DNA of 62,651 nucleotides, filler included, from Barthelona sp. PAP020 (Eukaryota): NCBI GenBank assembly GCA_040182905.1. It is 8 parts of 8 records of this genome, joined end to end, with 100 filler letters (N's around TTAATTAATTAA, not from the genome) between each part and the next. Parts side by side here need not be neighbours in the genome. Positions count along the whole stretch, not along the records: positions 39,431 to 47,130 come from JARQWU010000483.1; positions 47,231 to 54,928 come from JARQWU010000484.1; 6 more parts are not named here. One strand, given 5' to 3'. The notes beneath the pieces are model-generated. The model saw nothing but the letters and a program-made list of their open reading frames with translations, did no database searches and was not told where the DNA came from. How positions within the stretch are numbered: position 1 is the stretch's first letter; every line of letters begins with the position of its first letter. The position numbers were made by a program, and so were the translations under genes. Positions 42,311-53,574 of the stretch are shown here, piece after piece.

Positions 42311-45307
42311 TTACACTTCTTTATTTGAACTAACTGGTGAACTATACTCTGAAACATTATTTTTCATTTGAAAAGTCATAATTTTAGAAAATTCTGATAT
42401 CTCAATGGTCGAATTCAAGACCGTAACATTTTGTGAGTCTTCCAAAGTTTTATCATCTTTCATTTGTTCAAAAATGTTAGAATTAATAAGAAGAATGATT
42501 TGATGAAAGAAACCAGTCAACGTAAAAATAATTTCTGGAATGGGGTATTCATCAATTTCTATTATTGCATGAGTAATTTCTCCCGTAATTGAAGCGTCAT
42601 AAAGGTCTCTAAGACTATTAAAAACAAGTACTTCAAAATTCAATTCCAAAATATCTTGCCTTGTTGTTAGAACAACACCGATCTTTTTTGTATTTGGCTT
42701 ATCTTTCATTGAATCGATTTCATTAGCAGGGTTTGAAACAACAAACTCTTCAAATATCATATCAAAGGACAACACAACTTGTGAATAGCCTATTAACGAC
42801 TTGAATTGAAACAAAACATTGTAATCAAGCATGCTGTTTAATATTGCAAGCACATTATTCGAACATTGAGGATGAACAAAGAGTAACAATTCCAGAATCT
42901 GTTGACTATCGATAAATAAACTATTTATGGAAAAAATAAGGTGAAATCTCCCATCCATCTCTGTGAAAGACAATTGAAACTCTTCATAATTCCTTATCTT
43001 TTGATTTGCCCACAATAATAATGATAACAAGAAACTTTTCAACAAACCGTGATCCACTTTTAGCTTAATTTCTGGTAAATGCTTAAAATCTCGAAGAAAT
43101 TGTTTACGATTGTTGTTAATAGTAGTATATTCATTTGTTCTGACAAAAACATCTTCCAATACCTTGTTTAAAACAACAAAACTATGTAAATATTGCTGAC
43201 CATGATCTTCTTTGGCACTTAAAGGCGGGTTAATCGATTGAATCAACTGTGAATTGAATAATATACTTGAACACACCTTTAACAAACCACTTTTAATGAT
43301 CTCTTCAGATTGTGTGTCAAAAAACCTGTAAACGCTATAAAGCTTCTTAATATGCTGATTTGAACAATAAAGAAGATTGTTGACGTTTGTTGTTTCAATA
43401 AATAGCAAACACATTATCTCTGATGAGTAAAAGTTGAAAACAAGTATTTTAGGGGCGTAAAACTTTGAGTCACCTTCGGTACTAATAATTGGAAGATCAT
43501 CAACAACACCACAAATCTGTTTTTGTTTAAGAGCTTCAATTTTCTTTTTCACTACAAAATATTGGGCAGTCAGTTTGAACTGCTTAAAAAAGGTCTCTAA
43601 ACCAATATAAAGCTCAATATTTTCCGGTAAAAGTCTTGAACCATGAACATTGACTCTAATCAAACGATCTCGGTTGTCAAACATATAACATGGGTAATCC
43701 AATCCCCCAATTGTCTCTGACATCATCTCTTCAAAGTTCATTATTGATTCTTTTTCAGTAACATCCAATGCCAATTGCAATAAGCATCGAGAATCGAGCC
43801 AATACATTATAAACTGATGAATTTGAATAATTCTATTTTCAACAACGACTTTGACTTTCTTTATTTGAACCATTTCATCATTTGGATGATTTGAGTGATT
43901 ATGATGAGAGAATGAAGCTGTGTGGGAAGTAGCGGTTGGATTCAAAAACGAAGGCAAAAATTGATCTGGTATTACGTTAAAATCCATATCTTGTACGGTC
44001 TCTTGAGCATAGTGTAATATGTTTTTTTCTAACAAACTTGCATCTTCTTCCGAAAAATAATGATTGGTATTCAACAAGTTCCCAAACTTATCAAAAATAT
44101 CAACGTACAAGGGAAGTTTATTGAGTAATTCTGCATAAGATTTCTTTATTCTAATGTTCTCCATTGTCTTCTTCTTTTGTGCATAAAACAAAATAAAAGC
44201 TACCCCTGCAACCATCCCAATAATTGTAATAACAACAACAAATACAAGAATAGTTGACAAATAGAGTTCATAAAAGGTAGGTACATGATACAAATATTCG
44301 AAAACGTCAGGATAATCCTCTTTATTCAAACCATAACGATAAAAAACAGGTTCGTTTAAAATAATATCACACAAAGGTGCATCATGAGGTGGTAAATCTT
44401 GAACTTTCTCTCCTCGAAGTATACTTTCAATCATAGCCGCAGCTTCCTTGCTGTATTTGTTTTCAGAGATTACACACCCCCCAATAGAAGCATTTGCCAA
44501 AATTAAAGATCCAAAATAGACAAAAACTGGATAATCAGTTACCTCTGCCATCTTTTGCAAACCCGTTTTAGCAGTGTAAAAGTTATTATTGACGTCGGTG
44601 TAATAATGAGCCATGATAGCCACAGTTGTTTCTGAGTTCCACTTTGAATCCAACAAAGCATCAATAACCTCATCAAATGTTATTAAACCTTCGGTAATAT
44701 AATGCACTTTGAAAGCGTCTTGAACATCTTGGGGTAAAGTGGGCAACAAACTTTTAAATTGGGAAGAAACAACATAGCCTACGGGAGTCATGTCATATAA
44801 ATACAAAATATCTTTGACTTTTGGAAATAAACGCCGTATCAACAACAAATTTTCCATCCATTGTACAGTTTCAAATACACCCGTTGAATAAACAGGTACA
44901 GTACTGGAATTTCTGTTATTAATGCCTATAAATACAACAGGAACTTCCCATAGTTCAGAATAGTGATCTTCAATAAAATTTAAAGCATAATCGTCAACAG
45001 CTACTAACAGGTGTGGGTCTCTGGGAATTGGATAACGCTGATGTAGAAAATTCACATAATTGGAACTATATCTCTCCGTCGTATTGGCAAATTTAACACT
45101 CAAGTATTCAACTTGAAACTCTACATACATATCTGTCAAACCTTCAAAATATTCACGAAATCCTCCTTCTAACGCCATTGTCCAAGGATAATTGGTACTA
45201 TAAGACATGAGACATAAAATCTTTTTACTGGATATACTTGTAGTTTCAATCGATATTATACATAATAAGAATATTAATATTATAATCTTAAACAATTTAA
45301 AAAACAT
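42311..45307 (-). CDS. Membrane receptor with a bacterial-type ligand-binding sensor domain, TM, PAS-like and degenerate histidine-kinase/receiver-like region
   Basis: Signal peptide; ILCLMSY..YPWT, EYL, VAVDDYALNF, VPVVFIGINN, TGVFE, LFPKVK motifs typical of bacterial sensor kinases/cyclases; TM at ~aa 350-375. Confidence 0.75.
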   Translation of the reverse strand: MFFKLFKIIILIFLLCIISIETTSISSKKILCLMSYSTNYPWTMALEGGFREYFEGLTDMYVEFQVEYLSVKFANTTERYSSNYVNFLHQRYPIPRDPHLLVAVDDYALNFIEDHYSELWEVPVVFIGINNRNSSTVPVYSTGVFETVQWMENLLLIRRLFPKVKDILYLYDMTPVGYVVSSQFKSLLPTLPQDVQDAFKVHYITEGLITFDEVIDALLDSKWNSETTVAIMAHYYTDVNNNFYTAKTGLQKMAEVTDYPVFVYFGSLILANASIGGCVISENKYSKEAAAMIESILRGEKVQDLPPHDAPLCDIILNEPVFYRYGLNKEDYPDVFEYLYHVPTFYELYLSTILVFVVVITIIGMVAGVAFILFYAQKKKTMENIRIKKSYAELLNKLPLYVDIFDKFGNLLNTNHYFSEEDASLLEKNILHYAQETVQDMDFNVIPDQFLPSFLNPTATSHTASFSHHNHSNHPNDEMVQIKKVKVVVENRIIQIHQFIMYWLDSRCLLQLALDVTEKESIMNFEEMMSETIGGLDYPCYMFDNRDRLIRVNVHGSRLLPENIELYIGLETFFKQFKLTAQYFVVKKKIEALKQKQICGVVDDLPIISTEGDSKFYAPKILVFNFYSSEIMCLLFIETTNVNNLLYCSNQHIKKLYSVYRFFDTQSEEIIKSGLLKVCSSILFNSQLIQSINPPLSAKEDHGQQYLHSFVVLNKVLEDVFVRTNEYTTINNNRKQFLRDFKHLPEIKLKVDHGLLKSFLLSLLLWANQKIRNYEEFQLSFTEMDGRFHLIFSINSLFIDSQQILELLLFVHPQCSNNVLAILNSMLDYNVLFQFKSLIGYSQVVLSFDMIFEEFVVSNPANEIDSMKDKPNTKKIGVVLTTRQDILELNFEVLVFNSLRDLYDASITGEITHAIIEIDEYPIPEIIFTLTGFFHQIILLINSNIFEQMKDDKTLEDSQNVTVLNSTIEISEFSKIMTFQMKNNVSEYSSPVSSNKEV

Positions 45308-45453
45308 AATTATATAACCTTATTATAATAAATATGGCTAATATAATATAATGAATATCGATTCAATTTAAAAAATTGGAAAATTGGAAAAAACCGCACT
45401 GTGTTTCGAAAGAAAACAAGTCAATCTTTTTTTTTTATCCACTTTTACTCACG

Positions 45454-46029
45454 ATGACAACAATGGTAACAGGGAATATCGGAGAATTATTGTTATCAGG
45501 TTGGACTATGTGTGCAGAATCTTGTCCAAATTGTAATATTCCATTAATGGGCAAACCAAATACTTATGAGATGCATTGTGTACAATGTAAAAATATTTAT
45601 GTTAAAGAAGAATATGCTGAAAAAGTTAATACGAATCAAATTAGTCAAGATCAACAGTCAAAGAAAATGAACTCTAAAGAAAACGTTCCATCCGACAGTC
45701 AAAAAGAAGTTAATTCAGATAAAGATATTAAATTTGAAGTTAAGAGAGAATTAGTTCAAGAAAATCTTCAAAATATTTTCAAATTATGTTTCAAGGCTAT
45801 TGAAAATAATGATATTGATTCATTTGGATATTTAAGTAATATTTTAAAATGTTCTTTGAAAAATTTAAACAATTGTGAGGTATCAAAAGATCTTATTTTA
45901 CAAACCAAGAAAATCTATGATGATTTTTTCAAAATTTATGTTGAAAACATCACTCCTTCCAATGCTGAAATTTTCAGCACAATGTCACACATGATTAAAG
46001 GATTGTTTGAGAAAATGCAAGATTTGTAA
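45454..46029 (+). CDS. ZNRD2: SSSCA1/ZNRD2 (Auto_anti-p27) zinc-ribbon protein
   Basis: IGELLLSGWTMCAESCPNCNIPLM...HCVQC; first ATG at 45454. Confidence 0.85.
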   Translation: MTTMVTGNIGELLLSGWTMCAESCPNCNIPLMGKPNTYEMHCVQCKNIYVKEEYAEKVNTNQISQDQQSKKMNSKENVPSDSQKEVNSDKDIKFEVKRELVQENLQNIFKLCFKAIENNDIDSFGYLSNILKCSLKNLNNCEVSKDLILQTKKIYDDFFKIYVENITPSNAEIFSTMSHMIKGLFEKMQDL

Positions 46030-46355
46030 AAATCTTTTCTTCTTTTTTTTATTTTTTAGTCTTTATTATGGTTACTGTTGTATTAAAAAGATTATTTCTT
46101 GTTCAAGAAAGACCTTAAACACAAGCGAACAAGTGAATAAAATGAAATTGTGTTTGTTTGGCAATTGAGTTTCAACTATACCCCAATTAATGATATTATA
46201 ATTCTAACAAGTTTGAGCCAAAATACCAATTTCTTTTGAAATATTTCACAAAATAAATAAATTATTTAAAAGATTTGTCTCTTTCATGGACAAGGAGCAC
46301 GATGGGAAAGAATAAATATAACAAAAAGTGATGTTTAGTTGATTGAAGATTTCAA

Positions 46356-46678
46356 ATTATTTCCAAGCCAAGAAGCACTGTGCGTATGATTAAACAAAAA
46401 AGAATGGGATTTATTTGGTTAAAGGCTTTTGAGGCCGATTGATCTGTTGAAAAACTTCAGATTTTCTAAGGTTAAGTTTAAACTTTAAAATTTTGCTTTT
46501 GCAAAAATACCAAAAATTGGAATGAAGAATTTCTCGGAAATTCTCCCACTTGGTCGTTCCAATTACATCTCAGTCCTTCAATTCTTTTCTTGGAATTTTG
46601 ATTGTAATTTGCTAGAATGAGTTTTCTCTGATTACTTTTTTTTTATAAATAAATATAGTTGTTTCACAACTTGATCAA
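46356..46678 (-). repeat. Dispersed ~320-bp element, copy 3 (inverted)
   Basis: Reverse complement of copies 1/2; TCAAATTATT direct repeat at 46352-46361 and 46675-46684. Confidence 0.9.
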
Positions 46679-46883
46679 ATTATTAAAGTTCGATTAATTA
46701 ATTACAACTTTTGATTTTTCAAATTGAATTTGAATATTTTTATTTTTATAGAAATTTCTTTCTTTTCTTTTATATATAAAAATAAAATTATTTCAAAGAC
46801 CAAATCTTTTCACATTATATAAAATATTTTTTTTAAAAATTATCAGAACTCCAGAGTTTAACATCAAAGCTAATAAAAATAAG

Positions 46884-46956
46884 TTCGATATAGTCTACTT
46901 GGTTAGGATAGTGGGTTCTCACCCCGCAGAACCGGGTTCGAATCCCGGTATCGAAG
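46884..46956 (+). tRNA. trnE: tRNA-Glu (CTC)
   Basis: Acceptor TTCGATA/TATCGAA, anticodon stem GTGGG/CCCGC with loop TTCTCAC, T arm CCGGG-TTCGAAT-CCCGG, downstream T-run Pol III terminator. Confidence 0.95.
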
Positions 46957-47366
46957 AATTTTTTCAAAGTGAAAAATTCAAAATAGGATCGAGTTTCTGA
47001 AATATGAACTTTCTATACAAAACATTTCACTTTGGACGAAAGGGCAAAATTAAAGGCTTTAATTTATATTTACTAACTGGGGTTGGGGAAATTACTCCAT
47101 GGTATCTTTGCTGTTTTGGTCAACCGATTCNNNNNNNNNNNNNNNNNNNNNNNNNNNNNNNNNNNNNNNNNNNNTTAATTAATTAANNNNNNNNNNNNNN
47201 NNNNNNNNNNNNNNNNNNNNNNNNNNNNNNCGATGAGAACAATCAGACGAGCGTTCGCATATAAAATCCCTCAATTCCCCCACCCCCACGGATGGTTTAA
47301 TGAAGTCATAAATAAAATAAAAAAATTTAACAACGGAAAAAAAATCATCTTCCAATTTTTTGCATA

Positions 47367-47998
47367 ATGGGTTGCAAACTTGTTGTAATTGGTTTCTATA
47401 CGTTATTTTTTTTAAAAACTAACATATTTTAGGTACAACTGGTGTTGGAAAATCATGTTTAATTTTGAGGTTGATTAAGGGCAAATTTCCTACTTCTCAA
47501 CAGCCCACTATTGGTGTTGCATTTGTTCCTTATACTATTGAAATGCCACAAGGTTCTTTGAATCATTCATTTGATTTTAATATTTGGGATACGGCTGGTC
47601 AAGCTCGTTATTCCATAATGCTTCCAATTTATTATAAAGATGCAAATGCCGTTATAGTCTGTTATTCAGTTGATGATGCTGAAAGTTTTGAAATAGCAAA
47701 GGATTATGTTTTGAAGGTGAAAGCTGAAAATGTTAAGGATTGTATTATTTGTTTGTGCGGTACAAAGTGTGATTTGCCTGAAGAGTCCAAGGCTATTACA
47801 AAAGAACAAGCTTCAGCTTTTGCGCAAGAATCGCAGTGTTTATTTTTTGAGTGCAGTGCTCTTGAGAATGTAAATATCATAGAAATGTTCACAGAAATTG
47901 CTGTGTTTGCAGAAAAGGTTGTTCCAAAAACAATTTCAAATCAAGTGTTCAAATTAGAATATGAAGATGATTCAGATACCAATAAATGTAGATGTTAA
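47367..47998 (+). CDS. Rab-family small GTPase; exons 47367-47391 and 47433-47998
   Basis: Splicing a 41-nt GT..ACTAAC..TAG intron restores KLVVIGTTGVGKS; TIGVAF, WDTAGQ, TKCDL, ECSA, C-terminal CRC prenylation motif. Confidence 0.93.
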
Positions 47999-48326
47999 TT
48001 TTTTTTTCGCCTGACAACTTTTCAAACTATTTTCTATCTCTTTTGTGATCATTTGAGAAATAAATGAACTGTTTTGTAATAAAAGAATTTTATACCATAT
48101 TTGTTTTCTTTTCGTATATATTTGGGTGTATTGGAACTTCAAATATGAAAAAAAAGAAAAAATGCCAAGACAATGACACCCAGTAAAACTAATGTTTCAA
48201 AGAAGAAGTTTAAGTATGATTTTTGTTAATTTAAATATAACAATAAACGAAAAAGAAAAAAAGGAGATTTGTTTGCCCAGACTGAAACCAAGGAAAAAAA
48301 GTCGTGAAAATAATTTTTTCGACAAT

Positions 48327-49637
48327 ATGGGAATTGATTCAAATTATTTACAAGCAAAATTAAGTAATTATCATATAGTTTTCGTTCCTGGCTTTTTAAG
48401 TCAACTTTTTAATAATTTGCAGCAGAATTTATTAGTTGAAAGCAGACAACTTATTGAAAATGTGTTTAAATGTGTACCTGAATATGGCCCAAAATTATTG
48501 GAGGCATTACCTGATTTGGAATTTCCCATGGAAGAGAATTCGGGAAGCACTTTTGATATTTTGGAGAAATATTTGAAATCTTTAAATATAACGTTTACTG
48601 ATTTAGCATATGTTGATGGTTTTAACAGTCAATTAGGTATTGAGAACAATTCTATGGCAGTAAAAAATATTCTTTTGAACTTGATGGAATGTAATCCAAA
48701 CCTTCAGATATTGATGGTCACTCATTCTAAAGGAGGAATGGATACATTACATTGCTTTCTAAATCATCCAGAAACAATGACAAACATTAAAGGTTGGATA
48801 GCATACCAATCTCCATTTTTTGGCAGTAAAATTGCCGATATGGCTCCTGATTTGTTAGCAAAAGTTGCTTTAGAAACTACAGGTGGGAAATTAGAATCTG
48901 CTAAAGATCTTGAAGAAAATTGTCGATTTGAATATATGACCAAGCATCATGCTCAAATTTTGGATATTATGACACGAATTCCAACTATCTCTGCCGGATC
49001 AATCTTTTCACCTGATTTAACTGAATCCTCTTTCAATGTAGTTAAGGTTGGTTTGAAAGAGGTGTTTTCGACTGAATTTATAGGCCAATTATGGAATATC
49101 TGTCGTAGTCATGGTGAACTTTCTATTGCTATTCCACTGGCAATTGATGCTTTTATGAAGAAATTTAACAAGGCAACTATCAACATTATGAAAGAAACTG
49201 CCGCCTTATCGCTACCTGGAACTCAATTGGACTTATCGGATGGGGTTGTACCTTTTGATAGTACAAAACTGCCTGGTGCATTCCATGTCATGATCCCTGA
49301 ATGTGACCATCTTTGTGCCACAATCAATCCCATGCCTTTCAGAAGATACTACGATAATGATGATATGGTTCAAGTATTTGCGGTTTTATTGGAAAACATG
49401 TTTTATTATTTGGACAATGAAGTGTGGAAAGAATTTCATTTTCCTTTGACTCAATGGTTACGTGTTAGAAAAGAAAAAAGAGAGAAAGAAGAGGAAAGTG
49501 TAAAAAAAGATCTTTTGAAAGACAATTATGAACAAATTGTTCAATATGAAGTTCCTTCAACTGAAACAACTCAAAGGTATTCAGGAACTATGTACAAAAA
49601 ATATTCAAAAACACCTTTGGCGAACAATTATGTTTAA
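48327..49637 (+). CDS. Alpha/beta-hydrolase (lipase-like)
   Basis: FVPGF oxyanion region, THSKGG nucleophile elbow, QSPFFGS, SDGVVP, CDH; start at 48327 preferred over 48192. Confidence 0.8.
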   Translation: MGIDSNYLQAKLSNYHIVFVPGFLSQLFNNLQQNLLVESRQLIENVFKCVPEYGPKLLEALPDLEFPMEENSGSTFDILEKYLKSLNITFTDLAYVDGFNSQLGIENNSMAVKNILLNLMECNPNLQILMVTHSKGGMDTLHCFLNHPETMTNIKGWIAYQSPFFGSKIADMAPDLLAKVALETTGGKLESAKDLEENCRFEYMTKHHAQILDIMTRIPTISAGSIFSPDLTESSFNVVKVGLKEVFSTEFIGQLWNICRSHGELSIAIPLAIDAFMKKFNKATINIMKETAALSLPGTQLDLSDGVVPFDSTKLPGAFHVMIPECDHLCATINPMPFRRYYDNDDMVQVFAVLLENMFYYLDNEVWKEFHFPLTQWLRVRKEKREKEEESVKKDLLKDNYEQIVQYEVPSTETTQRYSGTMYKKYSKTPLANNYV

Positions 49638-49907
49638 TGATATTTTGTTGATGTAAACACTTTTAAATCGTTTGTTTATTGTTATTTATTTGATTATTGT
49701 TTTCGTATTTAAAAAAAAATATTGGGAAAAAATGGAAAAAGGGATGTCAGGTGGTTTTCCAGTTCTTCAACTCTCTATTTCAAGAATAAAACAATGGCGA
49801 ACACTTGAAAAAAGTAAATTATAAACATTTAAAAATAAACGAAAACATCCAAAGAAATTTGAAACCAAAAAGCTGAATTTTTCAATATCAGCATTTAGTT
49901 TGAAAAT

Positions 49908-52900
49908 ATGCAGGAACCAGGAACACCCACAAGGGACAAATTATTAAACATGAGAAAAATACCTGAATTAGGAACGAGCTCACCTTTTTTAGGAGGGCAA
50001 TCACCTTTTCAACAACGATCTGTTTCTCAACAACGACATTTTAATGATTTACAGGATTATAATCAACAATTGAAACAAAAAGTTGTTGCAAATCGTGATG
50101 AAATTTTGGAATTAACTAATGAAGTTGAAAAATTAACCAAAGATGTTGCGAATAATGAACAAATAATAATGGAACTTCAATTACAAAATCAACGACTTGA
50201 AAATGATAATAATAAATGGTTAAAAAGACAAAAAGAAATCTCAAACAATTATCGAAAATCTTTAGATGATTATAAAGTTCAAATAAAGGATTTAACGGAA
50301 TGGCGTTCTCAATCAATGGATGAAATTCAAAAACTTCAAAGGCAAATTAGTATTTCGGATGCAAAAGAATCAACAATGGTTGTTAGTCAAAGACAAAGGA
50401 TAAATGAACTTGAAACAGAATTGACCAGTTTTAAGAACAATTTGATTCAAGATAACAATCGATTGATGCGTCGAGCTAACGAAACTTTGAAAGATGTGAA
50501 TAAGATCAAACAAAGTCTTAATGATTCTAAGTTTGAATCACAAGAGTCTTTCTTTTTGTTACAAGAATTAACAGATGAAGTTGAAAAGATCTCTTTAAAG
50601 ATGAACAATGAAGAACACTCTAAGGTTTTGGAATTAAAATTAAATGAACTTGAAGCGTTACAAAATCAATGTGAAGAGGTGTTAATTGAACAAGGGAATT
50701 CAACAGGAGAACTTCTTTATTTAAAGAAACAATACTCTTTGTTACAATCTGAAAAGGATAAATTAGAACAACAATTGAGTGATAGAAACCTTGTTGAGGT
50801 TAATTTGGCAAACAAAGAGACATTTTCCAATCAAGTGATTGAAAAATTGTCATTAGAGATTCAGAGTTTAAAAATTAAGCTTAATAAAACAGAAATAAAG
50901 AATATTGAAACAGAAAATAATTTGGAAAGAGCTACTTTACAATTAATTAAATTAAATGAACAAGTTAAACAATTAGAGACTTCGTTGTATGATAAAAACG
51001 ATGAAAATAGAAACTTAAAAAATTTGATTGAAACAAATGATGAGGAAAGAATGACGAAAGAAGCTGAATTTAAGCTTGAAAACAATCAAAATTTGAATAA
51101 AATTGAAAAGTTAAAAATTAACCTTGAAAAATTAACAAAGGACTATAATAAAATTGTTGAAGAGAAAGAAGAAATGAATAGAATTCTTATGGAAGGGAAA
51201 AATAAGGAAAATAATTTTAATAAACTTGAAGAATCATTAGCAAAATTAGAAGATAATAATAGAAGTCTTGTTGAAGAAAAAAATAATTTACTTGAAAAAA
51301 ATAAAAGAATTCATGGTGAATTTATCGAATTAAATAAAGCAAATGAAGATTTAAAAGCTGAAAATAAGGATATTCTCAAAGATTTAAATGAAACAAGAAA
51401 AAGAGTGATATATTTATCAGAAAAGATTAAAGAAATGAAGGAAGAGAAAGAAATCATTGAAAAAGAGCTAAAAGCACAAAAAGAACTATTAGAACAAATA
51501 AAAGATTCAAAAGATGATGAAAATATTGAAAATAAACGAAAAATTGAAAATGTTGAAAAAAATTTCAATGACTTATCAAATGAATTGATTGAATCACAAA
51601 AAGAAAGAAAGAAATTGGAAACAAAAGTTCATGAATTGACAGAGAATATCACTAAAGAAAGAAAATCATTTGAAGAACAAATCAAACAAGCTAACGATAA
51701 AGTTATTGATTTGGAAGAAGAATTAAAACAAACAGATAGCTATATTGATACTTTGGTCAAAAAACTTAATGAAAGTGATGAAAATTTCAAAAGGGTTAAA
51801 GATGAAAACCATCAATTGATGATTGCTTCAAATGATTCTCAAAATGAAATTGCAAGGTTAAGTTCAAATTTAAAAGATCAAATGAATGATGATGAAAAGA
51901 GACAAAAGAAAGAAGAAGAAGAAAAAGATGAAGAAAAGAATAAATTGATTGAGGAAATAAATGTTTTAAAAAATTTGAATGAAGAAAATTTGAAAAAAAT
52001 TGAAAAAGTTCAAAAAGTTCAAAAAGAAAATGTTTCTTTGATTGAAAATATTCAAGAGTTGAAACTGATTATTAAAAATGACGCTTTTGAAACAAATAAA
52101 TTACAAAAGGATTTGAATGAAAAGAATGAACAGATTAGTAAGATGAATAACTTGAATGAAGAATTGAAAAAACAAAAAGAAGCAGAAATTAACAAACTTA
52201 CAAAAGAAAATTGGGAAACTACTGAACAAATGATCTCTCTTACCAACAAGATTAATGAATTGCAAACTTTAGACAAGAATTCAATTAAGGAGATAAAGAT
52301 ACAAAATTCAAAAGTAATTGAAGAATTAAACAATAAAGAGATTGAATTGACTGAAATGAATGAAGAAATGTTAAAATTAAAAGAGAATTTAAGAAATCTA
52401 AATTTAAAAAAAGATCAATTGGAAGAATCTATCAGTAGCAAAGACCAAATTATTGCTGGATTGAAAGAAAGATCATTGGATAATGAAAAAAAACTGTTTG
52501 ATCTTCAAAAAAAAGTTAAAAATGTTGTTGAAGTGAAAAATGATCAAATCAACCAATTAGCAAATGATAACTTAATCCTGAAAAAACAATTGAACGAAAT
52601 TAATGATAAAGTTGATTTGATATTCCATTGCACAAAAAAAAATGACACAACTAATGTTAAAATTGAGAAAATTGAGAAAATTAATGACAACATAGAGAAA
52701 ACCAATAAAAACAACAAAAACAACATTAAAACAAATCCTATCAAAGAACAAAATTTTGTCACTCCAGTAGCATCTAATCAAAGAAAAAATCAAGCAAAAA
52801 AAACAAAAATTCATGACAGAACTGACAATATTGAAAGAACCGATAGAAATAGTAGAACTGACAGAAGAAGTAGAAATGTAGTTGAACCTCAGACAGCTTC

Positions 52901-52955
52901 AAGGCAACTTCCCAAATTTCTCACAGCTTTCACTCCAAGAAGACCCAGACAATAA
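49908..52955 (+). CDS. Long coiled-coil protein
   Basis: 1015-aa E/K/N/L heptad-rich ORF with S/T-P sites at both termini. Confidence 0.85.
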   Translation: MQEPGTPTRDKLLNMRKIPELGTSSPFLGGQSPFQQRSVSQQRHFNDLQDYNQQLKQKVVANRDEILELTNEVEKLTKDVANNEQIIMELQLQNQRLENDNNKWLKRQKEISNNYRKSLDDYKVQIKDLTEWRSQSMDEIQKLQRQISISDAKESTMVVSQRQRINELETELTSFKNNLIQDNNRLMRRANETLKDVNKIKQSLNDSKFESQESFFLLQELTDEVEKISLKMNNEEHSKVLELKLNELEALQNQCEEVLIEQGNSTGELLYLKKQYSLLQSEKDKLEQQLSDRNLVEVNLANKETFSNQVIEKLSLEIQSLKIKLNKTEIKNIETENNLERATLQLIKLNEQVKQLETSLYDKNDENRNLKNLIETNDEERMTKEAEFKLENNQNLNKIEKLKINLEKLTKDYNKIVEEKEEMNRILMEGKNKENNFNKLEESLAKLEDNNRSLVEEKNNLLEKNKRIHGEFIELNKANEDLKAENKDILKDLNETRKRVIYLSEKIKEMKEEKEIIEKELKAQKELLEQIKDSKDDENIENKRKIENVEKNFNDLSNELIESQKERKKLETKVHELTENITKERKSFEEQIKQANDKVIDLEEELKQTDSYIDTLVKKLNESDENFKRVKDENHQLMIASNDSQNEIARLSSNLKDQMNDDEKRQKKEEEEKDEEKNKLIEEINVLKNLNEENLKKIEKVQKVQKENVSLIENIQELKLIIKNDAFETNKLQKDLNEKNEQISKMNNLNEELKKQKEAEINKLTKENWETTEQMISLTNKINELQTLDKNSIKEIKIQNSKVIEELNNKEIELTEMNEEMLKLKENLRNLNLKKDQLEESISSKDQIIAGLKERSLDNEKKLFDLQKKVKNVVEVKNDQINQLANDNLILKKQLNEINDKVDLIFHCTKKNDTTNVKIEKIEKINDNIEKTNKNNKNNIKTNPIKEQNFVTPVASNQRKNQAKKTKIHDRTDNIERTDRNSRTDRRSRNVVEPQTASRQLPKFLTAFTPRRPRQ

Positions 52956-53574
52956 TTTTTTATTCTACTAAAGCTGTAGTTGGAAAATATTCTTTTTTTT
53001 AGGAATATTAAATGTCAAACTGTTAAATATGGACTTTTTCTTTCTGGGTGAACAGTTTTCTTTTGAAAAACAAAGAAACTTAACTCTTCATTAAAATAAA
53101 TGTGTAATTATTATTTCATTTTTGGTTAGGGCAAAATTTTTTGCAATATTTATACAGTTGAGAATTGATATTTCAATGAATCTCATCCATTATTGGAAAT
53201 AAAAAATTTATCCTTTTCTTTTTGCCATTAACTTGAAAAAAAATCAAGATTTGAAAAAATAAATGCTTTAGTTTCGTGTTTTACACGTTTTACAATAAAA
53301 ATCAATGTTGAAAAATTCAACATTGCCAAAAACTAACTATGAAATCAATTCCCTTTTGCACTTTAGTTCTCTTAAAGAAAAATACTTATTTATTAATTTG
53401 ATAATACAAATTATTATGAAAAGCTTGAATAAACATTCTTTTTATTCGTTCAAAAAAAAAAATCTTTTATGGACATGGGCAAAAACACATAAACACATCA
53501 CAACATTATTTAATAAACACTAAAAAAAAATAATAAATGATAATTTTGTTGAGAAAAGATATTTTTTCAATCTT

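Noticed and set aside
47070..47310. GC-richer stretches on either side of the 47131 linker, and 39297-39330, as possible snRNA/ncRNA fragments
   Set aside because: No convincing U1, U2, U6, 5S or SRP motif; too short and truncated to call
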